Positions 12,421-25,260 of a stretch of 64,000 bases of DNA are shown here, piece after piece. The DNA comes from Raja brachyura (taxonomy: Eukaryota). The notes beneath the pieces are model-generated. The model saw only the letters and a program-made list of their open reading frames with translations, did not search any database and had not been told where the DNA came from. The stretch spans positions 128,898,001-128,962,000 of the forward strand of contig OY740783.1 in assembly GCA_963514005.1 (NCBI GenBank), written 5' to 3'. Position numbers and translations under genes: made by a program. The stretch's first letter is position 1. Every line of letters starts with the position of its first letter.

Positions 12421-13162
12421 TAACTTCTTATAAACACATTGGAGCCGGTCGTGATACCAGGGAGTTAGTTCCGCGGAAGGCGAGCCGGTCCTAAAGCAGG
12501 GCCAAGTCGGAGAACACTCGCAGCCGCGCTGCCGAGCGAGAACAATGGCCGCGTGGGGTCGGGTGGGGTCGGGGGGAGGGGGGGGGGGGTGGCTGAAGGG
12601 CGGGGGTTCCTGCTCTGATTCCTCTCCAGTTAATCCGTCTGGACAGTGCGCTCGTCGACTAGAGGAGACGCCGGCCCTGGTCCACATTCAATTACAGGTG
12701 GATTGTGTAAACCGAGAAATAGGAAGTTGGTGCTCACCTTGTTGGAATTATTCTCCAACTATCAATGGAAACCGAGGCGCCCAGTCGTAAAGGAGGTGTC
12801 GGTGCCCAATCCCCTGTGGGCGGTTCTCCCTCTCGGTGTGGAGTTCACCGCTTCACACATTGAATATTCCCCGTGGAGAACAGTGTTGGGATCCGGGGAG
12901 GCGCGGGTTCGCTGTCGCTCACTCTCTCGCTCTCAGGGCAGCGCCGAGGGAGAGCCGCGCTGTCAGAGGTGCAGAGTGGCCCTGATCTGGAGCCACCCAA
13001 GAATGTGTCCTGTCCCCGGCGCCCTCTGACCCGCCTTCCCTGGGACCATCACCATGAGCTCCACACTGGGCACCGCCTCCACCCACTCCCACAGGGAGAG
13101 GTCGGTACAAGACGTTTCACCCACAGAACGTTGAGACATTCCGGTGTCTATCCTTCCCTCAG

Positions 13163-13557
13163 CTCCCGGCGGGAAGTGGTGACAGGGACGGAGGGGGCTT
13201 CGACCACGTTACCCTGTGTGTATCGATAATCCCAGTATCACCGCACCGCCCTCACGGTCACATGGATGAGGAAGGATCATCACCGACACATCGTCACGTT
13301 GAGACCCCAAGCTGATGGATCCCGGGCGACGGTGAACGGAGCAACTCGGTTCAAGCTGGTCGGGGAGCCAAAGCTCGGAAACGCCTCAACCAGGATAAGG
13401 AAGCTGAGTGTGGAGGACAGTCACGGCTACCTGTGTCTGGTGCAGTTCAGCAAAGAGGAAAACTACGATGCGAGAAAGGACGTCGAACAAAAGTTCAGGA
13501 GCAGCGTACAGCCCCCGTACATCCATCAGTACCAACGTGAGCTGCAGGTCACACCCG
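13163..13557 (+). pseudogene. Copy 1 V-set exon B (7-nt deletion plus TAA stop)
   Basis: ccttccctcag|CT...CCCG|gtaaga; 395 nt vs 402 nt in paralogs (tgtctca missing); LPCVYR* with TAA at 13227-13229; VTWMRK...EDSHGYLC. Confidence 0.88.
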
Positions 13558-14856
13558 GTAAGAAACCATCACCACATTCTGCCGTGTACATCGAAGGTTC
13601 AGATGGAAGGAGGAGAGCAGGACCAGGAAGCCCTGTCTCTCAGGACTCAGTGGGCGCAGCCTCGCATCTGGAGGGTCAGATACAACAGAGAAAAGTCAAA
13701 CATAGTTGATCAATCTATTGGAGTCCTTTGGCGAGGTGAGGAGTTGATTGCCTAAGAGGGAACAAGGTGCTGTGGTACGTTTGGATTCTCAGAAGGATCT
13801 AGGTTGGGTCCCAGCCAGGAGTTTGGGAACCAGATGCGAGAAGGCGGCATTAAGTCAACGCACTGTCGGGGATTGAGAAGCAGTTATCGAGCAGAATGTA
13901 GAATGAAATATCTGGATCTCTGTCACGTTGAGAGTCTGCGTTGCGAGGTACTTCAGAGATTGGTTCTTGGTCTCAACTATTCATAGTCTGCATCAGTGAG
14001 TTGATTGAAGGGGGTGAAATTGTCAGGTCTGATGATGGAGGAAGTGCCTTGGGACTGTGAGAGGGCAGGAGGACACGGAGATTCGGGAAAGGTGGACAAG
14101 TTGAGCGAGTGGGTGGGAGCATAATGTGGAATAAGATGTGGCAAATTATCCACACGGCTGAATAAACATAAATCCAGTGTTTATTAAATTGTGAGTGATC
14201 GGGTAGTGTGGATGATCAAAAGGACCTGAGTGTGCTTGTTCTCATGTCAATAAAGGATGATGTACTGATGTGGAAGAGTCGAGAAGGGCAATAGTTGTTC
14301 AGGTTTTATCAAGAGAGGATTTATATTCAAGGCTTGAGATGTTTCACTGCAGTTATATAAGGATCTAGCGGGACCTCACCTGCAGTACTGTGTCGGACTT
14401 TGCTCTTCTTAACTACAATAAAGCCACGATTAGTGTGGAGCGAGTGTAGTGAAGATTCCGTCACTGTTTCTCGGAAGGGCAGGCTGACTGAAGATCAGGG
14501 GAGATTGAGTAGACCAGAGACCGTGGAGAATGCAGGTATAGGAACATTGAGCAGAAAGAAAGCTACTGGGGGACTCGATAGGCCAGGTAGCATGTCTGGT
14601 AAGAAATTGACGAATGAAAATTCATATCGAGACCTTACCTCAAAACTGGACAAAACGACGTCTTTGGATTTCCTTCTACAGTTGCCTGACTTCCTGTGCG
14701 CTGTCAGCAGGCTGTTATTTGCTCGAGCAGATTAGGCCTGTATTCTCCAGAGTGTAGAGAATGAGAGGTGATCTTAGTGAAGCAAATACCATTTATACAT
14801 TGTCGATGGCTCCCCTTTCCCATTGACCACTCTGACCTCTCTCGCTCTCTCCTCAG

Positions 14857-14956
14857 TAACACAGAATTACATGGGTCTGATCCTGTGCATCCCTCTAGGA
14901 TTGAAAACCGTTTTCCTTTCAGTGATGCGTGTTGTCTTCTACCGTGACAAACTCAG
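14857..14956 (+). pseudogene. Copy 1 transmembrane exon with Lys, (V)TQNYMGLILCIPLGLKTVFLSVMRVVFYRDKL
   Basis: ctctctcctcag| ... cag|gtatgt; 100 nt, phase 1-2; AAA Lys codon at 14904-14906. Confidence 0.82.
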
Positions 14957-15034
14957 GTATGTAATATTGCTTTTCTATGCCTGGAATATAAACTCAATGG
15001 CCTTTGCGGTGTGATTGGAAAAAGTGAGGTTTCC

Positions 15035-15265
15035 TAGACCGCGCCAACCATCGATCATCCATGCACTAGTTCTATCCTGCACTATAGGGGGCGTTTGCAG
15101 AGGACAATTATCCTACAAACCCGCACGTATTTGGGATATGGAGGGACAAAAACCATGCGGTCACGGGGAGCACGTGGAAACTCCGCACAGACAGCACCCG
15201 TAATCAGGATCGAACCCGGGACTCTGCGCTGCAAGGCAGCATCTCTACAACTGCGCCACCGTGGT
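15035..15265 (-). mobile_element. V-SINE (HE1-like); orthologous copy at 40245-40475
   Basis: ggatcgaacccggg...ctgcgccaccgtg is the reverse-complemented tRNA-like head. Confidence 0.75.
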
Positions 15266-15827
15266 ACCCCTGTCGTGTTGGCAATATATGGTTCAGGTGC
15301 ATCATGTACCTACAGATGGAAGAACAGCTTCTTACCCGCTCAGACGATTTGAGAAACCCCTCAAAAGATAAGAATGTATTCCCGATCATCCATTCTACAT
15401 TGATGGAGCCCTTGCCCTCTGCCCTTTCTCTGTAAGCCTATATTCTGCACGGCTTGGCTCTATGGAATAATTTATCTGGATGACACGCGAAACAATGTGT
15501 TTTCCTCGTACCTTTGTCAAGGTGACGATAATAAACCAATACCAATACCTTGCTTCAGGTCAGACAATCCTCCTCACTGTCAACACAACGACCAATATAC
15601 GTGTCCCCTGTTAAGTAAATCACCTGTTTCGCATATTGAAGTCCACCTCAAATTTAGTTGTCAAACGCTGACATTGACAATAACGTCTCCCCTCTGAAGA
15701 ATTTCGTTCAAATCTCCGTCCGAATCACTTCACAGATTTAAATGACGGCTGTGAATGGTGATGCCAGAAATTGTCACGTGGTACAAATTACCGAGGCTTG
15801 TTTTAATTGGTCTTGTTGTGTCCTCAG

Positions 15828-15843
15828 CAAGAATGGTGCCTGA
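15828..15843 (+). pseudogene. Copy 1 terminal coding exon, (S)KNGA*
   Basis: ttgttgtgtcctcag|C AAG AAT GGT GCC TGA; phase 2 matches the TM exon; candidate AATAAA at 16007-16012. Confidence 0.65.
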
Positions 15844-18800
15844 TCCATCCGAGGAAGCTGAGCAGACCAGTGTTCCGACCGCAATGTAACCTGCCTCACA
15901 ATGAAGTCCGCCGATCCCACCTGCTTTTGCGGTCTGGCTGATTTTGTCGACCTTTGGTTGTCAATCATATTAATTCTCCGACTCGCTTTTAATCTGTGTG
16001 TAATATAATAAAATGCAGTACTTCAAGTTCAAAGGAAAGGTTTTGTACACTGAGAGGGTTTGATATCTGGAATATGCTCGGAAACAAAGTGGTGAAAATG
16101 AGATGTACGATAGACGTTTAGACGCATGAACAGGCTCTTAATTAAGAAATAGTTGGAAGGAAAGACAAAGCGTTGCACATTCTCAGTTGGTTAGCAGGGG
16201 ACCGGGCAGGAAGCGTCACCTATCCATGTCCTGCAGAGTTGCTGCCTGATCCGCTGAGTTATTCTAGCACATCGTGTCTGTCTTTGGTAAACACCGGTAT
16301 CAGCAGTTCCCTTTTATTACCAGTTGGAAGGATATGGATCTAATTGGGACCAACTGGATTAATGTGCATAGACAAAGATGGTCATTTTGATATTGTTGGC
16401 CGAAGGGCCAATTTCCTCACTGTACAATTCCATGATTCCAGAAGCACGTCCAAACTTCCCTGCCGTGGCAATCCATGGATCCTGACTAACTTATTTCTTG
16501 TCCCTTTCTTAGTAGTGCTCTGCTTCGTAATCTCAATGCTGGATTTAGCACGCAGGGAACACAAGCTTATTATTAATGCAGTTTGCTTATTTTAAAATAT
16601 TTACAACCTTCCTACAACCTTTATCGAACTTTTGGTTGTCAATCATATTAACATATTAACCTTCGAAGTAAATTTTAATGGAAGTGCGATAAATCGAAAA
16701 TGCTAATTAAATTCACTTATGCAATACACGGAGAACTTAAATTTTGAATTCAGTATGCTTAATTTCGTATATGTACAAGTCTTTAAATATATTTGAATGG
16801 GAGAGCAATATGGAACAACATCTAAAATGGTCATAAAATTCTGCTGTGCTAAAATTATTTGGTTTGCTTTAATTGGAGGTTTACCTTTAATTCAATGACG
16901 TTCTGAATTGCTTGTACCATTTGCAAAGGACCATTCGGCCCATTGGGTCCATGGCCACACCGAGCATTTGACTTATCTCCAGTTCTGTTTCTTTGTTACC
17001 TGTTATCTTGCACAAATCTCAGTCCATCCCCCCACCATTCTTCAGCCAATCACTGTCGCGCTTGATCTCAGTTTTGAGACACAGCATTGAAACTCCGTCG
17101 GTTCAGAGAATCCACGACCATACATCGATCATCCGGGCACACTAGTTCCATTTACTCATCCACTCGCTATACACCAGGTGAAATAGACAAAGGCTAATTG
17201 ATCTACAGACCCGCACGGTCTTTGGATGTGGGTAGAAACCGAGGCACCAGGAGAAAATCCTCCAGCCAGAACAGCACAGACAGGAGCTCAGTTTGACAAG
17301 TTGGTGCTTGCTTTTACAATCAGAGAACATGCAAACAGGCCTTTCGGCCCCAGCCGTTGATGTTGTCCAAGATGCCCCACCTCATTTGGGGTGGGGCATC
17401 TTGGGCCCAATTCCAATGAAACTCAAATCACTAATCCCGTGTAATTCCATTTACCTGTCCCAACCAGACCTTACGCCTTAGAGATAAAGCATGACGCCCG
17501 TACTAATTAGAGTATCCGCCTTAAATATATAAATTGACGGCGATCACCAGCCTTCAATGGTGGATAAACAATAATTCCATAGATTCGTCGCCCTCTAGTA
17601 AAATACATTCATCCTCATCTACTTTCTAGAGGTACGTGGTCTTATTCTGAGGCTACGGCGTCTGGTCCTAGATTCGCCCACTAGTGGAAACATCCTCTCC
17701 ACTCTATTCAGGTCTTTGACTATTCGATCAGTTTTAATTAAGTCCCTGCTCATCCTTCTAAGCTTCCCGTTTCCTATTTCCCCGCTGTTTTCCGATTACT
17801 GAACGATCCTCCCACAAACTAGGTCTTTAGTCACGATTTTACAAGCTAGATAAATGTGGACAAATTCTCGCAATGAAGTCCGCCGATCCCACCTGCTTTT
17901 GCGGTCTGACTAACTTTATCGAACTTTGGTTGTCAACATATTGATTCTCCGACTCGCTTTTAATTTGTTAATGTTACACGTCCGTTTACTAATTTCCCCA
18001 GGTTACAAAGTCAGTTTCAAGGGAGCACGTTGATGTGCCCCCCAGTGGCTTTAAAGCGAGTGAGGGACCTGCGGTCCGGTGAGTTTAAAGGGAGGGTGGG
18101 AACATGAGCTCAGTTTGCCAAGTTGTTGCCTGCTTCTAGAGTATTAGAACTTGCAAAGAGGCCCTTCGGACCCACCCTTTGATGCTGCTCCAGATTCCCC
18201 CTCTAAGATCGACCCATTTGCCTGCGTTTGACCCATGTCGCTCTAAATCATTTCTACCCATCACTCTCAACGTTCCCTTTCTGAGTCCGTGTGTTCCCCC
18301 AAGGAGGTACCGTGAGAATACAGAGCCTCGCTGAGAGATCGAGGGAACCGGTTCCAGGGTTTCTATAATGGGGCACTGAACGTCAGAGACAACTAAATAA
18401 TCACTCCGCAAAAAGACACAACGTTCTGGAGCTGCTAAGCACCTCAGGCAGGCATCTCTGGACGATGTGGATAGCTGACGATTCGGGAATAGCGGAGTGC
18501 ACTCGATTGGCCAATTAACTAATTCCGTTGCTGTGTCTTATAATCTTATGATCGAATACATATATGTCGAAATACCGTTTGGAAGTCATAATTGCATCTG
18601 CTTCCATAGCTTCATTCCAGATGCAGACGAACGTCTGTGAAAATATTGTTCATCGATTCCCTCTTGCATCTCTCCCGTCTCACAAACCTCTGCCCTCTAG
18701 TTGTAAGATAATCTGTCTTGCTAGAAATACTGCGAGCTTTCAGTTTATCCAAGCCCCTGATAGTGTACACCTCAATGAAGTCACCCCTCAGCCTCGTGTA

Positions 18801-19954
18801 CTCCAAAGGAAAATGTCCCAGCCTATCTTACCTCACCCTATAACTGAAGTCTGCAAGCCCATGTAATGACATACTTCCTATAGCTGATAGGCCACAGTAT
18901 TCCGAATGTGGTCTCAACAATGAATTGTAGAACTGAACCATGATATTACAAATTTTGTATTCAATATCATTCTGGGAAAATGTTCTGCACCATTCTCCAT
19001 GGCTCTATCAATTCCCGTCTTGGTTTAACACAATGAAGTGGCCTTTTTTTTTACACTGACAGAGTTTGCAATCTGGAATATGCTATTAAAAAAAAGGAGG
19101 TGAATATTAGATACAAATACTTGCTCGGTAGACGTTTGGACAAACATTTAATGAGGCAAAAGTTGGAAGGTTAGACAAAGTGCTGGAGTTTCTCGGATCA
19201 GGATCCCGACCTGATGCGTCACCAATCCAAGTCCTCCAGAGCTGCTGCCTGACCCGCTGAGTTACTCTACCACGTTGTGTCTATCTTTGGTATTGACCGG
19301 CATCTGCAGTTCCTTCTCTTTACACGTTGGAAGGATATGGATCTAATTCGGACAAACAACATTCATGTACACAGTTTAAAATGTTCACATCCACATGGTG
19401 GGCCGAAGGACCAATTTCTCCACTGCAATTCCCTGACACGTTGACTCCAGAAGCATGTCTAAATCTCCCTGCTGTGGCAACCCCTGGATCGAACTAACTT
19501 CATTGATGTCCTCTTCTTCGCAAACCTCCAATCTGCTTATAAACCTCAAATGATGCATTTAACATACAGGGAACGCAGGGTGCTTAATTTAGAATATTTG
19601 CAACCTTCGAATCAAAATATAATGAATCGAATCTAAAATGCTATTTCAATTCACTTATGCACTACATAGAAAATAATCTGTATTTTTAATGCAGTATACT
19701 TAATTTAGATTATATATTTATGCAAATCTTTAAGTATTTGACTAGAAGGGGTGTATGGAACATAGTGTAAGTTGTTTACTAAATTCAGCGGTACAATGAT
19801 TATTTGGTTTGCTTTAATTGGAGGTGTTATTTTAATTCCATTACTTTTTCAATTGCTTATCACGTTTCCAAAGGGGCTATTTCGCCCATTGGGTCCATGC
19901 ACACACCGAGCATTCGATTCCTCTCCCGTTCGATTCCTTTGATACCTACAACAG

Positions 19955-21185
19955 GTCCACGGACGATGCCATCGCCCTAGCCTTACAATACTGCCTACAA
20001 CGCCTGGATAACAGCTGCACATAGGTCAGACCTATTCAAAGGCGACAGCTCTGCCTTTAATACCATGATAGCTTTCCAAACTCATCACCAAAGTCCCGGG
20101 ACTTGGGGTCAGCACTCATCTCTGCCAATGGATCCTCGACTTCCTCAACAAGTGACCCCAATCAGTAAGGATTGGGGACAAATCATCCTCCACTAGAATC
20201 CTCAACATGGGGACTCCACAAACAAAGCGTTCTCAGCCCCATTCTTTATTCCTTGGACACCCATGTAGCCATGTATACATCTAATTCAATTTATAAATTT
20301 GAAGACAGCGCCACTAGTGTGGGCCGGATATAATATAATGATGAGATGGAGTAGAGTTGGGAGATTAACAACTTCGTATCTGGCAATGTCTCTTAATGTC
20401 AGCAAGACAAAGGAAATCGCGATCGACTTCAGGAAGCGAAGCGATAAACAAACTCCAGTCTGCCTTGATGGTGCTGAACGAAAGATGGTTGAAAACTTCA
20501 AATTCCTATGAGTCCAGCAACTTCTCCTGGACCACTCATATTGAAGCAATGGCCAAAAAGGCACACCAGCGCCTCTATTTCCTAGGAAGGCTTAGGAAGT
20601 TCGGCATGTCCCCTACAACTCTCACTAACTTCTACAGATGCTCTTTGGAAAGCATTTGATCATGTTGGGTCACAACTTGGTTTGGGAGCAGCTCCATCCG
20701 AAACCGCAGGAAATTGCAGAGAATTGTGGACGCAGCCCAGACCATCACACAAACCAACTTCCCTTCTATTGACTCAATTTATACCTCATCCTGCCTCAGC
20801 AAGGCTATCAGCATAATCAAGGACGAGTCGTACCCTTGCCACCCTCTTCTCCCCTCTCCCTTCAGGCAAAAGTTAAAGTAGTGTAACAACGCACACGACC
20901 AAATTCAGGAACAGTTTCTTCCCAGTTGTAATCAGGCAACTGAGTCATCCTGCCACAACCTACTGAAATATTATCTACCTTTTTGATGACCCTAGGAGGC
21001 TCCTTGACCGGCTTTACCTTGCAATAAACGCTATTCCCTTATCATGAATATATACTGTGTAAATGGTTCGATTGTAATCATTCAACCTTTCTGCTGACTG
21101 GTTAGGATGCAACACATGTTTTTCACTGTTCCTCGGTACACGTGGCAAAAACTAAACTAAACTAAACTAGACTAAACTAAACTCG
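19955..21185 (+). mobile_element. Rex1/Babar-type LINE, RT 3' half (paralog ~48970-52975 with nested inserts)
   Basis: LNVSKTKEIAIDFRK; AKKAHQRLYFLGRLRKFGMSPTTLTNFYRC; (aaact)n tail. Confidence 0.8.
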
Positions 21186-21264
21186 CATGTTAATGCCGGC
21201 CACGAGGAATAGCATCCACTTAGTCCCCTGTGTGGCCTGTCCGTCTCACACTGCATTACTTTGG

Positions 21265-21633
21265 GAGGAAGTGAATAATTCCTGGATCTTTCACTCCCGA
21301 CACTCATTGCAGTGCTTCCCTGTAGTCAAGGTAGGATTCCCTTGGAGGCAAAGTTTGCTGCTGTGCCCTTCATTTCTAATCTGACTTCGCTCTCTGCTCT
21401 GCCTCCTTCTTCCTTTGAGTGATGAATGTCAGTGTTGCAGTTTGGTGTTTGAACATTTTGCAGCAAATTAAGAGAGCAACTTCTGCATTTCAGTGCCAAG
21501 AAAAGAAAATTGCGTGAGACCACCAATTGAGCTGTTGGTGAGGAAGTGACTTTGGGGTTGTCTTTGCACAGTTCTGCTGTCGCTCTCACTGCAGCTTGAC
21601 AGCGTTTGATTCATTCTTTAGATTCACTTCCTC
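21265..21633. promoter_or_regulatory. Cluster of three PU.1/ETS-type GAGGAAGTG boxes, overlapping a relic leader exon
   Basis: Exact 9-mers at 21265(+), 21540(+) and 21625(-). All three are retained in unit 2 at 53056, 53331 and 53416; a further copy is at 23617(-). Confidence 0.45.
21475..21600 (+). pseudogene. Relic 5'UTR/leader exon (LWGCLCTVLLSLSLQ); paralog at 53265-53390
   Basis: gagcaacttctgcatttcagtgccaagaa matches the 5'UTR of the real leader (24437). The translation resembles RVCLCTVLLSVSVH, but there is no ATG or donor. Confidence 0.55.
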
Positions 21634-23454
21634 ACATAAACTGTAAAGTCCAGAAACAATGTTCACAGCCTCAGGGTGAATGGAAACAAACAGACGGGTA
21701 CCCGGGAATGAGATACAGCCTGTATTGCACTCAATGGGATTAATGTGGGCTCAGTGTGAATGGTTGGCTGATGGTTGGTGATGAAACAGGGTTCAACCAA
21801 AAATGTCTGCCTCCAAACAAATGTTGTAAAATATCAGTTCCCGTTGTCCCAACGGGACATGGGGCAGAGGGGTAACAGGTGGATCGCGTTAACAGACAAT
21901 AGACAATAGACAATAGGTGCAGGAGTAGGCCATTTGACCCTTCGAGCCAGCACCGACATTCAATGCGATCATGGCTGATCATCCCCAATCAGTACCCCGT
22001 TCCTGCCTTTACCCCATATCCCCTGGCTCCGCTATTTTTAAATAAACACACCGGGCAACGCAGGGAAATAAAAAAGCAGAACGCACTATATCCCGAATGA
22101 GGGTCGTTCCATACAACACGCATCCTCCGCATAGCACCCGTTAATCCAGTATTGTTGCATGCAATATCGTGCACAGCTTGAGTTGCACCGTTTCACCACA
22201 TCTACACGTCTGGAAGATTGAAATGGTGCAAAGTCCAATCTTCAACGCAAGCCGTCTTCCGTTATGCTGGATTTATACTTGTGCGTCCACGGGGATTGTT
22301 CTTGAGGGAGATTAAGTTCAATGAAACCTGTCTGCCTGATTCATGTAAGTACATCGGACTCCTCAAAAACTTTCTATTCTTCCCCTACTATGACGAAAGT
22401 CTTACTCGCTACCTTCAACGTTCTCCCATAATCAGTCACATCTTCCCATTCCCACCCACTTCCGCTTTCCGTAGAGACCACACTCTCCGCAAATCTTTGG
22501 TTCGTCCAACTCCTGAGGGCCTGTAACATAAAGCCCCACTAATAGTATAGCTAGTGCTGACTGATGACAGCAAGCGTGCCACACGCCTTCTTCGCTACAG
22601 TAGCTAACTATCACCCCAAGAGCACAGTGTCATTGTACCTCAGGATCTGTCTGCTTTGCAGCGCACCACAGATGATGATGTTTCCACTGGTGGTAGAGTC
22701 TAGGACCAGGGGCCATGGCCTCTAAATAACAGGACGCGTCTTTAGAAAGCAGATGAGAATGGATTTATTTAGTCAGAGGTTGTGGAATCAGTGGAATTCA
22801 ATGCCACTGAAAGCTGAGGAGGCTGTGAATTGATATTGTTAAGACAGAGATTGATATTTATCAGTACGGGTGTCAGGGTTATCGGCAAAAGGCAACATAA
22901 TGGGATTGAGAGGGAAAATAGATCAATTGATGTAAATGGATGAGGTGGGGCGGGTGGGGAATGTGGTGACGTACTTTAAGTGCAATGTGACGAATACAAC
23001 CGTATTGTATTGTATTGATATTGTCCATACGTAAGTGTCCTTCAGAAGGTGGTAGTGAGGCGCCTACTTGACCCACCGAGCCCTTAGTGAAGGTTATCTG
23101 GTGACGGCTAAGATGTAAGAAAAGGCGTATGGAGATCGCCATTCATAAAACGAAGTGAGACTCTCGATAAGCAAGAGGAGAAAAGGTGACAGAAAGCAGG
23201 CGGGGATGTGGAGAGAGAATTAACCGCAGAGCAGTCGCGCTGTTATTGACCGGAGGTGCGAGATGAAGGGGCCGACTGGTTTCCAGTAGGGAGAAGATCT
23301 AATGGAGGGATTTGACATTGCGTACAGGGAGGTTGTCCCATTGGTGGACAGAGAAGAGATGACGATAGAGGATGGGGATGATTGGCAAAGGAACCAAGTG
23401 TTTTTCTGGGAACCATTAATGTTAGTTTTGTAGTTTAGCAACTCCTGAACATTC

Positions 23455-23600
23455 TGCAGCAAATGAAAAAAGCAACTTCTGCATTTCAGGGTCTAGAAAT
23501 AAACAGCCGTGAGAGAGGAGCTCACAGCACTGAGGTGCTGGTGGACAAATGTCTGTGGGGTTATCGTTGCTGGGTCCCGATTGCAGGGTAACAACGGGTG
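23455..23600 (+). pseudogene. Second relic 5'UTR/leader cassette
   Basis: Homologous to 21460-21670 (gcaacttctgcatttcag; ctgtggggtt; gattcattcttta..ttcacttcctcac). Deleted in unit 2 (junction ~54652). Confidence 0.45.
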
Positions 23601-24509
23601 ATTCATTCTTTATGTTCACTTCCTCACACAAACTGGAAACCCCAGAAACAGAGTTCACAGCCGCAATATTCTTGGAATCAAAGCGAGATGAGATGAACCC
23701 TTGAATGAGATACAGCCTTTGATGGGTTGAATTGGATGAAGGTGGATTAATGTGAATGGGTCAAATTAATCCTACCTAAGCATACCACACACTTTAGTCG
23801 CCACGCTGACTACCCGTGTCGCCAATTTGTGTATAATATTAACTAGTGTGCCCTTGGGCTCTTTGTTTTACAGCACTCACCAGGGCCCCGTCGTTCACAG
23901 TGTAAGTCATACCCTGGTATTACTTTTTAAAATGCCTGGCCTTGTATTCCTTAGCATATTTTCCCAGTTGATCCAGATGTTCATTAATTTTGTCTGCCAG
24001 TGCTATTACATGTAAACATTCTCTGACGTTCTTTGCATTCCTCGAGGGTCTCTAGGATTGTGGCGATTGGTACTTGTTGGCATAGTGTACACATGTCGGG
24101 TTAGAAGGCCCGTTCCTGCACTACATCGCTCTATGGCGATAATGCTGGGGCACGAACATGCAGATCCGGGATTTTGTGCGAAAACAAAATTGCTGGAAAA
24201 AGATCAGCGGTTCAGGCAACGCTTGTGGATCAAAATGGGCAGACGACGTGTCGGGCCTTGACCTCTTTATTCAGACGCCGTCTGTCAATGTCCCTTCACG
24301 GATACAGCTTAACCCGCTTAGTTCCTCTACGACTTTGGTTTTTGCTCATAACCCTAATCAGCTCAGTATAAAATGATTAATTATCAGTACTTATAGCAGT
24401 TCCTCAAAGCTTTGCCGGAAATGCAGAAATACTTGGAGCAAGTTCTGCATTTCAGCGTCAAGAAGCTCAGAGCAGTGGGTGAGGTGGACTCCACACTGAA
24501 GTGTTGGCG

Positions 24510-24570
24510 ATGCACTCTCACCGGGTTTGTCTCTGCACCGTCCAGCTCTCCGTCGCAGTCCACGGTTGCA
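24510..24570 (+). pseudogene. Copy 2 leader exon MHSHRVCLCTVQLSVAVHGC; donor GT>GG
   Basis: Paralog of 58737-58797; a|ggaggt instead of a|gtaggt. Confidence 0.7.
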
Positions 24571-25050
24571 GGAGGTGTTTTCTGTTGACCTTGTTATCTC
24601 CTCCTTGTATCGTCATATCTCCCCGCGTGCCGGTTCGCACTCCGTCCGCACTCCAGCAGTTTGTACTTTTGCTGAGGTCTGTCAATGGGTGATGTGGGGC
24701 GGGTGGGGACTGCGGTGATATTGTCCATACTGAAGTGTCCTTCAGAAGGTGGTGGTGAGGACGCCTCGTGGCCCACCGTGCCCTTGGTGAAGATTATCTG
24801 GCGACGGCTAAGATGGAGGAAAATGCATATGGAGACCGCCATTCATAAAACAGAGTGAGACTCTCGATCAGCAAGAGGGGAGAAGGTGACAGAGAGCAGA
24901 CGGGGATGTAGAGAGAGAATTAACAGCAGAGCAGCTGTGATGTTATTTTCCGGAGATGCGAGCTGGAGGGGCCGACTGGTTTCCAGCTCTACTAAAGTCG
25001 GGAGGAGATCTGATGGAGGGATTTAACATTGTGTACATGGAGATTGTTCC

Positions 25051-25260
25051 CGTAGATTGATGTTGCATGTTAACCAATCACACGCCAGCCAGCATCTCTA
25101 ACTCCACCCCAACTGTAATACTGATACTAATACTAATGCTCTGCACCAACAGTGGGGGCAGCCAGGAGGTGTTGATAACTAACCATCCTCCATGCTGTTA
25201 AGTTTTAGTGCTGATTATAGATGTGTTTGAATCGAATACTGAGTCTGGAAGTCATTTACT
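25051..25260 (+). repeat. 5' LTR
   Basis: 210 nt; about 17 differences from the 3' LTR by manual count; terminal TG and CA both mutated. Confidence 0.92.
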
